A DNA stretch of 64,000 nt from Pseudomonadota bacterium. GTDB taxonomy: Bacteria; Pseudomonadota; Alphaproteobacteria; Rickettsiales; SXRF01. The position numbers were made by a program, and so were the translations under genes. Within the stretch, counting starts at the first letter, position 1, and each line of letters starts with the position of its first letter. Of this stretch, positions 29,683 through 38,336 are shown piece by piece. The DNA lies in the NCBI GenBank assembly GCA_038043465.1, contig JBBTBX010000011.1, positions 42,204-106,203 on the forward strand. The letters run 5' to 3'. The notes under the pieces were generated by a model. It was not told the origin of the DNA. It searched no databases and worked only from the letters and a program-made list of their open reading frames with translations.

Positions 29683-31029
29683 CTATTTTCCTTGAGTATT
29701 AGCGCGAGCAAATTCAAGAAGCACATTTGGAATTGAATGATTTGTAGCACCATCAGGTGTCAAAGTTACACCACTTCCTCCAGATTTTTTCTTCAATTCA
29801 TCAGCCTGCTCTTTGGCTCTTTGTTCCTTGTAATCTTCTGATGCAACATATCCATTCAATGAATTATCCACAAAAAGCTGCTCTGATGTTTCTCCAGTTT
29901 TCTCTGTCTTTACGTCTTTTCCCTGCTCTAGGCTTTTATCCTTAGTACTATTTTTCATTACGTCTTCTACAGATTCCCTCAATTTTTTTAAATCAGCCTG
30001 AACTGATTCTTCGCCGAGTTCAATATAGCTACCTGAGTCATTTTTCTGGATTTTAAAATTTACTGGATATTTAGGCGACATTTTTACAGGTTTAGCTTCT
30101 CCGTCACTTTTATCTATTAAAGCAACCTCAGCAACTGAGGCAGGCCCATTACCTGCTCCAGAATTAATTGTAATCTGCATTAGCTCAGCTATATTAGCAG
30201 GTACTCCTTGAGAAATAGGTACATTATTACCATCCTTATCAACATAAATAATGGTAGTTCCTGAAGGATCGAGTTTTACTATTTGCGAATTCAGTTCTTT
30301 TTCTACTTTTGGTGCTGGCGCGGAACCTTTTTCGCGCATTTTCTCTTGCCCTTTTTCCTTTTCCGGTTCCTTTTTATCAGAATAAGCATCAGATGCAAAA
30401 TTACCAAGCATCACACCGCCAATAGCCAACACAACCAAAGCAACAATACCAAGAATCCCGCCTTCGAGCCCACCTCCCATCGCCGTACCAGCCCATAGCC
30501 CAGCAGCAAGCCCAGCAATCGCACCCCAGCGTATACCGCCTTTTTTCGGATCAAAGAACGCTGAACCTATAGTGCCGAATATACCTACGCCATCCTTCGG
30601 AAGCTCCGGCTCAATAGCCTTATAAGCCTTTTCAATCTGACCATCCATAATAGCTGCAGGAACTAATTCATTAGCAGAAGTCTTAACTTTATCTTTTACC
30701 GAAACTCTAAATTCTTCATAAGCAACACCAATTTTTTTATTAATACCCTCCATACTCAATTGAGAATCAAATTCTTTCTTATATTCTTGAGCTGTAATAA
30801 CACCATCAATAAACTTTGGGAGATGCTCTTGATGCGCTTTTTTAATAGCATCGAAAATTCCCGGATGAATTTCTGGATGTTTTGCCTTTGCAGCATCAAC
30901 AGACTTTAAAAAAAATTCATCGCACTCGGCAAATTTTTTGCGAACTCCTCCATCAATGAGTCTGTTTTTCTCATCTGTAGAAAGCTCTGCTTTTATCTGT
31001 TCTGCCATAATATTACTAAATAAAGCCAA
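29683..31029 (-). CDS. Hypothetical membrane protein with bilobed Gly-rich hydrophobic domain (paralog 2)
   Basis: 448 aa with the same three-part architecture as the 28706-29680 product. The two genes are separated by 2 nt. Confidence 0.6.
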   Translation of the reverse strand: MALFSNIMAEQIKAELSTDEKNRLIDGGVRKKFAECDEFFLKSVDAAKAKHPEIHPGIFDAIKKAHQEHLPKFIDGVITAQEYKKEFDSQLSMEGINKKIGVAYEEFRVSVKDKVKTSANELVPAAIMDGQIEKAYKAIEPELPKDGVGIFGTIGSAFFDPKKGGIRWGAIAGLAAGLWAGTAMGGGLEGGILGIVALVVLAIGGVMLGNFASDAYSDKKEPEKEKGQEKMREKGSAPAPKVEKELNSQIVKLDPSGTTIIYVDKDGNNVPISQGVPANIAELMQITINSGAGNGPASVAEVALIDKSDGEAKPVKMSPKYPVNFKIQKNDSGSYIELGEESVQADLKKLRESVEDVMKNSTKDKSLEQGKDVKTEKTGETSEQLFVDNSLNGYVASEDYKEQRAKEQADELKKKSGGSGVTLTPDGATNHSIPNVLLEFARANTQGK

Positions 31030-31160
31030 AATATTATTATCCTAGCCTAAAGCTACCTAAATTAAGGATATTTCTCAAGTTAAGCTTTTGTTACAGCTTA
31101 TCTGCAAATTATTACAATTTCCCTAAACTCAGCAAACCACTGATAATTAATAGAATTTTA

Positions 31161-33446
31161 TCAGGATGGAGGCAGCTCCACAAAATCTGCCAGTAATTTT
31201 TTCTTTCCAGCCTTATCAAAGCTGATTTCCAGTGTGTTGCCGCTAATGGTTAATATATAGCCATAACCGAACTTCTGGTGGAAAATGCGCTGCCCCTTTT
31301 TAAACTTACTTTCTTCGTCATTGCGAGACGAAGCCGAAGCAATCCGGTCATTAGTCTTGTTTTTCTGGATTGCCGCGTCGGCGTTGCCTCCTCGCAATGA
31401 CGAGCTTGAACCGCTAGAAGCTAGAATATCCGCCACCTCCTGCCCCCAGTTTTGCAGACCATTCCTCGCCATATTAACCACACCACCGCCCAGTTGCTCA
31501 ACATTATCGCTGGGAATTTCACCAATAAAACGTGAAGGAACACTGCTTTGCCACTGGTTATAAATCCTGCGGTTGGCGGCGTACGAAATATATAATTTTT
31601 TGCGGGCGCGGGTAATCCCCACATAAGCAAGGCGGCGTTCTTCCTCCAACCCCTTCGCTCCCGACTCATCAATCGCCCGCTGGTGGGGAAATACACCCTC
31701 CTCCCATCCCGGCAGGAAAACCACATCAAACTCTAGCCCTTTAGCGGCATGCAGCGTCATCAGGCTTATCATATCGTTGCTATTATCGTTATTGGCAGCT
31801 TCGGTGACAAGACTCACATGTTCAAGAAATGCATTTATACTCTCAAACTCACCAATAGCCCGCGTAAGCTCCTTTAAGTTCTCCAACCTGCCCGCCGCTT
31901 CCGGAGTTTTTTCCTGCTGCCACATCTGTATGTATCCGCTTTCTTCAAGAACCAGCTCGGTAACTTCACCCAAGGTCAAAGTTGTAAGCTGCCCGCGCCA
32001 GCGTTCGCAGTCACTGATAAATTTCTGCAAAGAAGCTCCCAGCTTGCCTTTAATAGCTCCGGTTTTCAGCAGATTAATAGTAGCGTTGTAAAGCGAACTA
32101 TTCAGCGAGCGGGAGGTGCTATGCAATTGCTGCATCGTCGCCTGCCCAATCCCGCGCTTTGGCGTATTTATGATACGCTCAAACGCTAAATCATCCTGCG
32201 GCACGGCGAGAATGCGTAGATAAGCGACTGCATCGCGGATTTCCTGCCGTTCATAAAAACGCAGTCCGCCAATTACACGATAAGGAACGCCGAGAGTCAA
32301 AAATCGCTCCTCAAAAGCGCGAGTTTGGAAACCAGCGCGCACCAGAATTGCCATATCTTTAAGGCTGGTTTTCTGACGCTGCAAGTTTTCCACTTCATCA
32401 CCGACAAACCGAGCTTCCTCGCCCTCATCCCATACCGATTTCAGGCGGATTTTCTCGCCATCCTTAACCGGAGTCCATAAAGTCTTGCCCAAACGCCCGC
32501 GGTTATTGGCAATAACGCTGCTCGCTGCCGCCAAAATATGTGGCGTAGAACGATAATTACATTCAAGGCGGATAACTTTAGCATCCGGATAATCTTTTTC
32601 AAAACGCAGGATATTGCCAACTTCCGCGCCACGCCAGCTATAGATTGATTGGTCGTCATCCCCAACGCAGCAGATATTTTTATGATAGCTGGCAAGCAGG
32701 CGCAGCCACAGATATTGCGCCACGTTAGTATCTTGATATTCATCCACCAGAATATATTTAAAACGGCTGGCAAACTCGCGCAGCACTTCAGGAAAACTGG
32801 TAAAAAGCGTGAGCATATGCAGGATTAAATCACCAAAATCAGTGGCATTCAGGCTGCGTAACCGTTGCTGATAAAGCTTGTAAACATTTACGGCATGTCC
32901 GGCTGCCAATTGCAAATCTTTAGTATTGGTAATTTTGTCAGGAGTTAAACCCTGATCTTTCCAAGATTGGATAATTGCCAGAAATAATTTTGGTGGCAGT
33001 GACTTATCATCAATCTTCTGCTCGGCAAGAATGGTTTTCAACAAGCGCAACTGGTCATCAGTGTCCAGAATTGTAAAGCTGGAAGCAAGCCCGATTTTTT
33101 CAGCATGTCGGCGGATAATTTTCGCGCCAATTGAATGAAAAGTACCCTGCCACAATGCTTGCGACGAGCCGGTCAGATGATTTACCCGCTCTGCCATTTC
33201 CCTTGCTGCTTTATTGGTAAAAGTCACTGCTAGAATTTCACCAGGGTAAGCAAGGCGGTTAGTGAGTATATAGGCAATGCGCGTGGTAAGAACCCGCGTC
33301 TTGCCAGTCCCTGCGCCGGCCAGCACCAGCACCGCTCCCTGCGTCGCTTCAACCGCCTCACGCTGCTGCTGGTTGAGAGCAGAGGTAAGCGGGCTTTCCG
33401 TTTCCATAATTTCCAAAGGCATATGCTCTACGGTAGTGAGAGCCAT
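31161..33446 (-). CDS. uvrD: ATP-dependent DNA helicase, UvrD/Rep/PcrA family
   Basis: 761 aa with Walker A GAGTGKT, TFTNKAAREM, DEYQDTN and a C-terminal HQKFGYG domain. It contains an in-frame palindromic element. Confidence 0.9.
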   Translation of the reverse strand: MALTTVEHMPLEIMETESPLTSALNQQQREAVEATQGAVLVLAGAGTGKTRVLTTRIAYILTNRLAYPGEILAVTFTNKAAREMAERVNHLTGSSQALWQGTFHSIGAKIIRRHAEKIGLASSFTILDTDDQLRLLKTILAEQKIDDKSLPPKLFLAIIQSWKDQGLTPDKITNTKDLQLAAGHAVNVYKLYQQRLRSLNATDFGDLILHMLTLFTSFPEVLREFASRFKYILVDEYQDTNVAQYLWLRLLASYHKNICCVGDDDQSIYSWRGAEVGNILRFEKDYPDAKVIRLECNYRSTPHILAAASSVIANNRGRLGKTLWTPVKDGEKIRLKSVWDEGEEARFVGDEVENLQRQKTSLKDMAILVRAGFQTRAFEERFLTLGVPYRVIGGLRFYERQEIRDAVAYLRILAVPQDDLAFERIINTPKRGIGQATMQQLHSTSRSLNSSLYNATINLLKTGAIKGKLGASLQKFISDCERWRGQLTTLTLGEVTELVLEESGYIQMWQQEKTPEAAGRLENLKELTRAIGEFESINAFLEHVSLVTEAANNDNSNDMISLMTLHAAKGLEFDVVFLPGWEEGVFPHQRAIDESGAKGLEEERRLAYVGITRARKKLYISYAANRRIYNQWQSSVPSRFIGEIPSDNVEQLGGGVVNMARNGLQNWGQEVADILASSGSSSSLRGGNADAAIQKNKTNDRIASASSRNDEESKFKKGQRIFHQKFGYGYILTISGNTLEISFDKAGKKKLLADFVELPPS
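31314..31403. repeat. Nested palindromic element copy R4, in-frame inside uvrD
   Basis: TTCGTCATTGCGAG...GAAGCAATCCGG...CTGGATTGCC...CTCGCAATGACGAG. Translated as SSLRGGNADAAIQKNKTNDRIASASSRNDEE. Confidence 0.85.
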
Positions 33447-34036
33447 AATGGCAATATATCATTCATTTGCAGAAAATGTATAAAAGCAAAACCAGGAAAC
33501 GGCAGAAAAAATATCGCGGCATCAAAAATGGTCTTGCGGATAAATTTAGGTTTGGCATCCGCCTGCTCCGGCTCATTCCATAGCTTGAAGTTTGGTATCC
33601 AGCGCGGCACTTCCTGCTGATATTTTATATATGGTTGACCAAATTTATTTTCAAGAAACAGCTCTTCTTTTCCAACCACCACTGGATAATACAACATAAA
33701 AGCAGCCACTAAAATAGCCGTAATAAATAGCATTCCCGATTGCAGGCCTATTCCAACCATTGCTATGAATGAAAACACATAAAGCGGGTTGCGTACTACT
33801 GAAAACACGCCAGAACGCACCACCTCGTCATTCTTCCTTCCGCCAATAAAAACGGATGAATAAACCCGCCCAAACGCTCCAAAAATAACCAATATATAGC
33901 CAATCCAGAACAAGATATCACGGATAAAGCTTCCCTGCGACAACATTGGTTCACTAATCATAAGCAGAACAGCCAATATAACAGCAAATATCCGGCTGTG
34001 GAATTGACGAGCCTTGAGTAACGGATGATTATTCAT
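33428..34036 (-). CDS. Isoprenylcysteine carboxyl / phospholipid methyltransferase family membrane protein
   Basis: 202-aa polytopic protein. The segment VRSGVFSVVRNPLYVFSFIAMVGIGL is typical of the ICMT/PEMT family. Confidence 0.7.
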   Translation of the reverse strand: MNNHPLLKARQFHSRIFAVILAVLLMISEPMLSQGSFIRDILFWIGYILVIFGAFGRVYSSVFIGGRKNDEVVRSGVFSVVRNPLYVFSFIAMVGIGLQSGMLFITAILVAAFMLYYPVVVGKEELFLENKFGQPYIKYQQEVPRWIPNFKLWNEPEQADAKPKFIRKTIFDAAIFFLPFPGFAFIHFLQMNDILPLWLSLP

Positions 34037-34115
34037 AGATTTCCTGATAATTATTATAAGAATGCAGCATAATAGCTACATTATTCATTTTGAAAAGCAT
34101 GGATTATTTATTTTT

Positions 34116-34144
34116 TGACTTATTAATATTTTTTTACTATTATA
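34116..34144 (+). promoter_or_regulatory. Candidate sigma-70-type promoter for ORF 34179
   Basis: TTGACT-N17-TATTAT, about 35 nt upstream of the ATG. The AT-rich context makes chance matches likely. Confidence 0.3.
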
Positions 34145-34178
34145 AGAAAAAGCTTAACTAAGAAGAGTATAAATAACT

Positions 34179-34547
34179 ATGATGTTTTCCTGGGCAAAAA
34201 ATACAGTGAATAAATCCACCCCATCCATAACTCTTATAGATTTGGATAGTTTTCTTGATAATGCTAATAATAATCAACCTAAAGAATGGTCGCTAAACGC
34301 AGATATCCTTCTCAAATTTACTATTAGGGAGATTAAGGAGATTAAAAAGCATCCTGACACAGAATCAATAACCATTGATACGATAGAAGCTTCTGTCGAT
34401 AAAGTTGTAAAAGATTACGCAAGACCTGATAAAAAACCAACAGCAAGAGAAATCTCTGACGTAAAAGGTTATATGAGGGAAAAATTCAAGTTGTCTGCTA
34501 AAAAATCTATATCAGATAGCCAGCCAAACGGGGTCCTTTACCGCTAA
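34179..34547 (+). CDS. Hypothetical hydrophilic protein (orphan)
   Basis: 122-aa ORF with a promoter-like hexamer pair and a purine-rich SD region (AAGAAGAG) upstream. No recognisable domain. It is convergent with comEC (4-nt overlap). Confidence 0.4.
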   Translation: MMFSWAKNTVNKSTPSITLIDLDSFLDNANNNQPKEWSLNADILLKFTIREIKEIKKHPDTESITIDTIEASVDKVVKDYARPDKKPTAREISDVKGYMREKFKLSAKKSISDSQPNGVLYR

Positions 34548-36748
34548 TAACCACTGTTAACCCATGGCCTATCACCACGATAATCACTACTGCTTTCAAT
34601 CTGCGTTTCGCCATTATGAAAGCGCAGAGCCGTAGCCGCTTTCTCCTGTAAATATTCTGCGTCAATAAGCAACGGAACTGCCGCACAATTATCTATGTCT
34701 CCCAGATAATTCCTGGAAATAACAATATCGGGAATATCTGTTAATTCGTCATTGCGAGCCACATATTCTTTGTGGCGAAGCAATCCATTTTTCTTTATCT
34801 CGCTGTTTTTCTGGATTGCTTCGTCGGTTTCACCTCCTCGCAATGACAAGGGGAACAGACAACTATTCTCAATTTCTTTCTTGCCTTTGGTCACTACTAT
34901 TTTCTTACCATAAGCATTCATCACACATTTATATTTATCGCAGCTCCCAATATTTTTATCCAGATCGTCAAGCTGTGCGGCGTTTTCCTGTCCATGCGCT
35001 CGAAGCCACACCTGCCCATCAAAACTATCTTCTTTGCCACGCAGGAAAACAAACCTGCCATCATCAAGGCGTAAGGCAACCTTGCTGGCATCCGAACTTA
35101 TCAATAAATCATATGGCTTATGCAGCCCTATAGTTGCAACCCCGATTATTGCCAGTGGAATACCAAGTAACCGCCATTTATGCTGCCAGATACACAGCCA
35201 CAACCCACCAGTTATAAACAACAATAACCCATAAAAATGCGGCGATGGCAGTGCGATGGAAGCATAGGGAAGCTCTGCAAAAAACCTTGCTCCTTGCATC
35301 ATAAAAGAGATGCCTTGATCCAAGACAATAAGCGGATAATATTCCAGGTTAAACGGCATTGCCAGAAATACAATTACCGCTGCTGGCATAATCCACATGG
35401 AAACCAACGGCAAGAGCAGCATATTGGCGGCAATTCCCCACAAGGTAAAACGGTTAAAATGGTAAATAACCAGAGGCGTGGTAGCAAGAGTGGCAACCAG
35501 CGATGTCAGCATTATGCCAAAGAAATAAATCCATATACGGCGCGTAAACCCTATATTATCACTATATAACGCGCCACCATAACGCTCATAAATGGTAAGA
35601 ATCGCAAGTGTCGCTGCGAAAGACAGTTGGAAGCTCGCTCCAAGCAGCGATTCCGGTTGCCATAACAGCACAATAACTGCCGCCCACGCTAAGGAAAAAA
35701 CGCTGATGCCGGAACGGTCGCATAATATAGCCAGCATCACCACCGCCACCATGACAAATGAACGCACGGCAGGTACAGGGTATCCCGCCAGCAACAGGTA
35801 AATAAACGAGCTTAACAAGGCGACAAAAGCAGCTATTTTCTTTACAGAAACACGCAACGCCAACGGTGGATAAAGCGTAAGCAAAAACCGCACAGTGACA
35901 AACACCAGCATTGCCGCCAGCGACATATGCAAGCCGGAAATAGAAAGCACGTGGTAAATTCCCGATTCGCGCATAACATCGGCTGTATCCTTTGCTATTC
36001 CTGACATTTCGCCAACCATCAAAGCCGAAGCAACCCAGCCATTTTCCGGCGACATAGGTGCAAGAATGCGCTCTGTAAGTGCTAAACGCTTGCCATTCAG
36101 CCAATCATCAAAATCATTTTCTCTGGCTTTTTCCAGAATTACAGGTTGTCTTGGCGAATAGCCAACCGCGCCAAGTTGCTCATAATAAAACATCCGGGAA
36201 AAATCATAAGCCTTGGGCAGAACCGGAGTGGGCGGTGGAAACAGCGTGGCATTCAGCTGAATTTTATCGCCAATATTCAACCCCTCTTCCACTTTCTTTA
36301 AAGAAACGCTGATGCGCTTTGGCGTTTCGCTTTCCTCAAACCCATCAATCTCCACATTGCTGAGTATCAGTTTTTCGCCTTTTTCCCGAATCTGAATATC
36401 ATCAATATTACCCTGCACCGACCGGAAAAACACTTCTTCCTGCAAAATTGGTGCAGCGGCTGATTGCGTGCTGATTTCCGCCCGTAATATTCCAAGGCTT
36501 ACCAATAAACCCGCAATAAAAACAAGGCGACCCGCGCTTTTATTCCAAAACAATGCGGTGAGCAGAGCAAATAAACTACAAAACCCAGAAATAACCCATA
36601 TATCCGGCTCATAAGGCAGCAAATAATATATGCCGATACCAATGCCAAACAGCACCGGAATCCATAATACAAGGCGATCATGCTCCTTTGAGAAAATATT
36701 AAATAAATTTTTCGGTTTATCTTCCATGCATTTTTCTAGCAAAATCAA
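34544..36748 (-). CDS. comEC: ComEC/Rec2 family competence membrane protein
   Basis: 734-aa polytopic protein with the YHVLSISGLHMSLAA motif typical of ComEC. It contains an in-frame palindromic element. Confidence 0.85.
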   Translation of the reverse strand: MILLEKCMEDKPKNLFNIFSKEHDRLVLWIPVLFGIGIGIYYLLPYEPDIWVISGFCSLFALLTALFWNKSAGRLVFIAGLLVSLGILRAEISTQSAAAPILQEEVFFRSVQGNIDDIQIREKGEKLILSNVEIDGFEESETPKRISVSLKKVEEGLNIGDKIQLNATLFPPPTPVLPKAYDFSRMFYYEQLGAVGYSPRQPVILEKARENDFDDWLNGKRLALTERILAPMSPENGWVASALMVGEMSGIAKDTADVMRESGIYHVLSISGLHMSLAAMLVFVTVRFLLTLYPPLALRVSVKKIAAFVALLSSFIYLLLAGYPVPAVRSFVMVAVVMLAILCDRSGISVFSLAWAAVIVLLWQPESLLGASFQLSFAATLAILTIYERYGGALYSDNIGFTRRIWIYFFGIMLTSLVATLATTPLVIYHFNRFTLWGIAANMLLLPLVSMWIMPAAVIVFLAMPFNLEYYPLIVLDQGISFMMQGARFFAELPYASIALPSPHFYGLLLFITGGLWLCIWQHKWRLLGIPLAIIGVATIGLHKPYDLLISSDASKVALRLDDGRFVFLRGKEDSFDGQVWLRAHGQENAAQLDDLDKNIGSCDKYKCVMNAYGKKIVVTKGKKEIENSCLFPLSLRGGETDEAIQKNSEIKKNGLLRHKEYVARNDELTDIPDIVISRNYLGDIDNCAAVPLLIDAEYLQEKAATALRFHNGETQIESSSDYRGDRPWVNSGY
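34745..34848. repeat. Nested palindromic element copy R5, in-frame inside comEC
   Basis: TTCGTCATTGCGAG...GAAGCAATCCAT...CTGGATTGCTTCG...CTCGCAATGACAAG. Translated as LSLRGGETDEAIQKNSEIKKNGLLRHKEYVARNDE. Confidence 0.85.
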
Positions 36749-36833
36749 TAACTAAGGGCAATGACTTTTAACTGTCACAAAAGCTTAACTTTAAATGTAG
36801 TGAAATACTGGCAATATGTGTGGCGAAACCAAA

Positions 36834-36849
36834 TGTTCTGAATAGAACA
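36834..36849. promoter_or_regulatory. Perfect 16-bp palindrome TGTTCTGAATAGAACA immediately upstream of the small-protein operon
   Basis: 6-bp arms with a 4-nt spacer. It ends 2 nt before ATG 36852, an operator-like position. Confidence 0.3.
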
Positions 36850-36851
36850 TT

Positions 36852-37196
36852 ATGAAAGCAAATATTATGAATAAAATAATAAAAATAGAAAATAAAGCTG
36901 GTGAAGATTTGCCAGGAGTCGATAATTTTAGCTTTGCAGACAAAGCCTACACCATACCATCTGGCAGTAAGTCTGATGAAATCAAACAGCATATAAACAA
37001 TGCTATCGGGTTCGTTGACCATTTTAAAAGAGAAATTACCTTAATTGATACTGATAATAAGGTTGGGTTATCAATATGTACTAACTGTACACCAGAAGAG
37101 ATTCTTACTAAATACCAAAAACTAGCTAAGCCTGATGGCATAGGTCGTTCTGCCTCTGTAACATCTTCGCCGACTTCCCAAATTATGTTTAAATAA
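36852..37196 (+). CDS. Small protein, YTIP-motif paralog family, member 1
   Basis: 114 aa. It shares F-x6-YTIP (aa 26-36) and the C-terminal PDGIGRSASVTSSPT motif with the next three ORFs. The start may alternatively be Met6. Confidence 0.55.
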   Translation: MKANIMNKIIKIENKAGEDLPGVDNFSFADKAYTIPSGSKSDEIKQHINNAIGFVDHFKREITLIDTDNKVGLSICTNCTPEEILTKYQKLAKPDGIGRSASVTSSPTSQIMFK

Positions 37197-37209
37197 CAAG
37201 GTTAATAAA

Positions 37210-37518
37210 ATGAGCAAGAAACAATATCCAAATCCAAGCCTGTATAATCCAGAGACACACGAGTATACTATACCTCAGTGTTCAACAACGGATATGAACG
37301 ATCTAAAACTAAGAAAGTCTCTTGAAAACGCGCTAGTTATTGCCCAAGAAGAAAATGTCACGGTAACCTTTGTCCATAAAGGAAAAGATAAGAAAGGTAC
37401 CGGAGCTTTCAAATTGAGAGTGTCACCGAACAACGAAATAGAAGTAATAGAACCAAAACCTGAAGGTGTTGGGCATAAAGCTGAGGTAAAATCACCGCAA
37501 CCCAAAAAATCACTATAA
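37210..37518 (+). CDS. Small protein, YTIP-motif paralog family, member 2
   Basis: 102 aa with Y-x6-YTIP (aa 12-22) and C-terminal PEGVGHKAEVKSPQP. It starts 13 nt after the previous stop. Confidence 0.55.
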   Translation: MSKKQYPNPSLYNPETHEYTIPQCSTTDMNDLKLRKSLENALVIAQEENVTVTFVHKGKDKKGTGAFKLRVSPNNEIEVIEPKPEGVGHKAEVKSPQPKKSL

Positions 37519-37533
37519 AAAAACAGGAAAATT

Positions 37534-37899
37534 ATGGAACAGCAAAGTCATTATAACGAAAATGAGCGAACCTATACCATACCAAAAGTTCCGGAAGGTG
37601 TTGATAGCACAACTCATCATATTAACCACATTAAAGAAGCCATAAAACTTGTTCATAAAAAAGTTGAACAAGGAGAAAACGGACAAATACTTCTTGATGG
37701 TGCAAATAAAGATCACCCATTTGTTGTTGAACAAGCCCATACTGTGCAACAAATTGCTGAAAAATATAATAGACGGCATCCTGGCACTATTGACCTTAGC
37801 AAGGTTACTGAAAATATTGAAAGTGTATCTGCTAAAAATCCACCCGGTGAAGGCAGGCAAGCAACAATCGCAAGCCCTACCCCCTACATATATCGCTAA
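37534..37899 (+). CDS. Small protein, YTIP-motif paralog family, member 3
   Basis: 121 aa with Y-x6-YTIP (aa 7-17), C-terminal PPGEGRQATIASPTP and SD CAGGAAA. Confidence 0.55.
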   Translation: MEQQSHYNENERTYTIPKVPEGVDSTTHHINHIKEAIKLVHKKVEQGENGQILLDGANKDHPFVVEQAHTVQQIAEKYNRRHPGTIDLSKVTENIESVSAKNPPGEGRQATIASPTPYIYR

Positions 37900-37914
37900 A
37901 CAGAAAGATAAATT

Positions 37915-38334
37915 ATGAATTTAGGATCTGACTTTGATTATTCTACAAACACCATTACAATACCTGAAGGAAAGCTTAGCTCCTTAACCATAATATCAAC
38001 AAAACTATTATCTGCTATAAAAAATGCCGTAGCAGTGGTTAATGCCGGTGAAATTGATGGGGTTGCTATATCACACAAAAGATCAGGAATTTTTCTTAAA
38101 GTGACAAAATCAGACCTTAAACCTGAACAACATGTAAAGCAACTTGTCAGTGATGTTTTGACACAGCTTAAATCACCTTCACCGAAAGATTTTGAAAATT
38201 TTAATAAAAAATTAGCGGCAGATGTCCAAAATAAAATAAAATTGGATGGAGAATCGTTAGAAATTAGAACTAACGGAGTTGGTTATACCAGACCTTGTAC
38301 AAGCCGGGATAATAAGGCTGGAATGGAAAGATAA
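37915..38334 (+). CDS. Small protein, YTIP-motif paralog family, member 4 (divergent)
   Basis: 139 aa with F-x6-ITIP (aa 7-17) and a C-terminal TNGVGYTRPCTS variant. Confidence 0.5.
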   Translation: MNLGSDFDYSTNTITIPEGKLSSLTIISTKLLSAIKNAVAVVNAGEIDGVAISHKRSGIFLKVTKSDLKPEQHVKQLVSDVLTQLKSPSPKDFENFNKKLAADVQNKIKLDGESLEIRTNGVGYTRPCTSRDNKAGMER

Positions 38335-38336
38335 AA

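Noticed and set aside
35237-36104. 110-aa (+) and 172-aa (-) ORFs within comEC
   Set aside because: They are alternative-frame or antisense reads of the ComEC membrane domain. Their Cys/Arg/Gly-rich translations are atypical of real proteins in this genome.
36834-36849. Interpretation of TGTTCTGAATAGAACA as a LexA SOS box
   Set aside because: The alphaproteobacterial LexA site is a direct repeat (GTTC-N7-GTTC) and the Gram-positive Cheo box is GAAC-N4-GTTC. This is GTTC-N6-GAAC inverted. It is retained as an unknown operator only.
36768-37022. 84-aa minus-strand ORF overlapping the first small-protein gene, and a 115-aa minus ORF at 37513-37860
   Set aside because: The plus-strand ORFs form a regularly spaced operon with shared motifs. 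The minus-strand reads are Phe/Ile/Asn-rich AT-bias artefacts.
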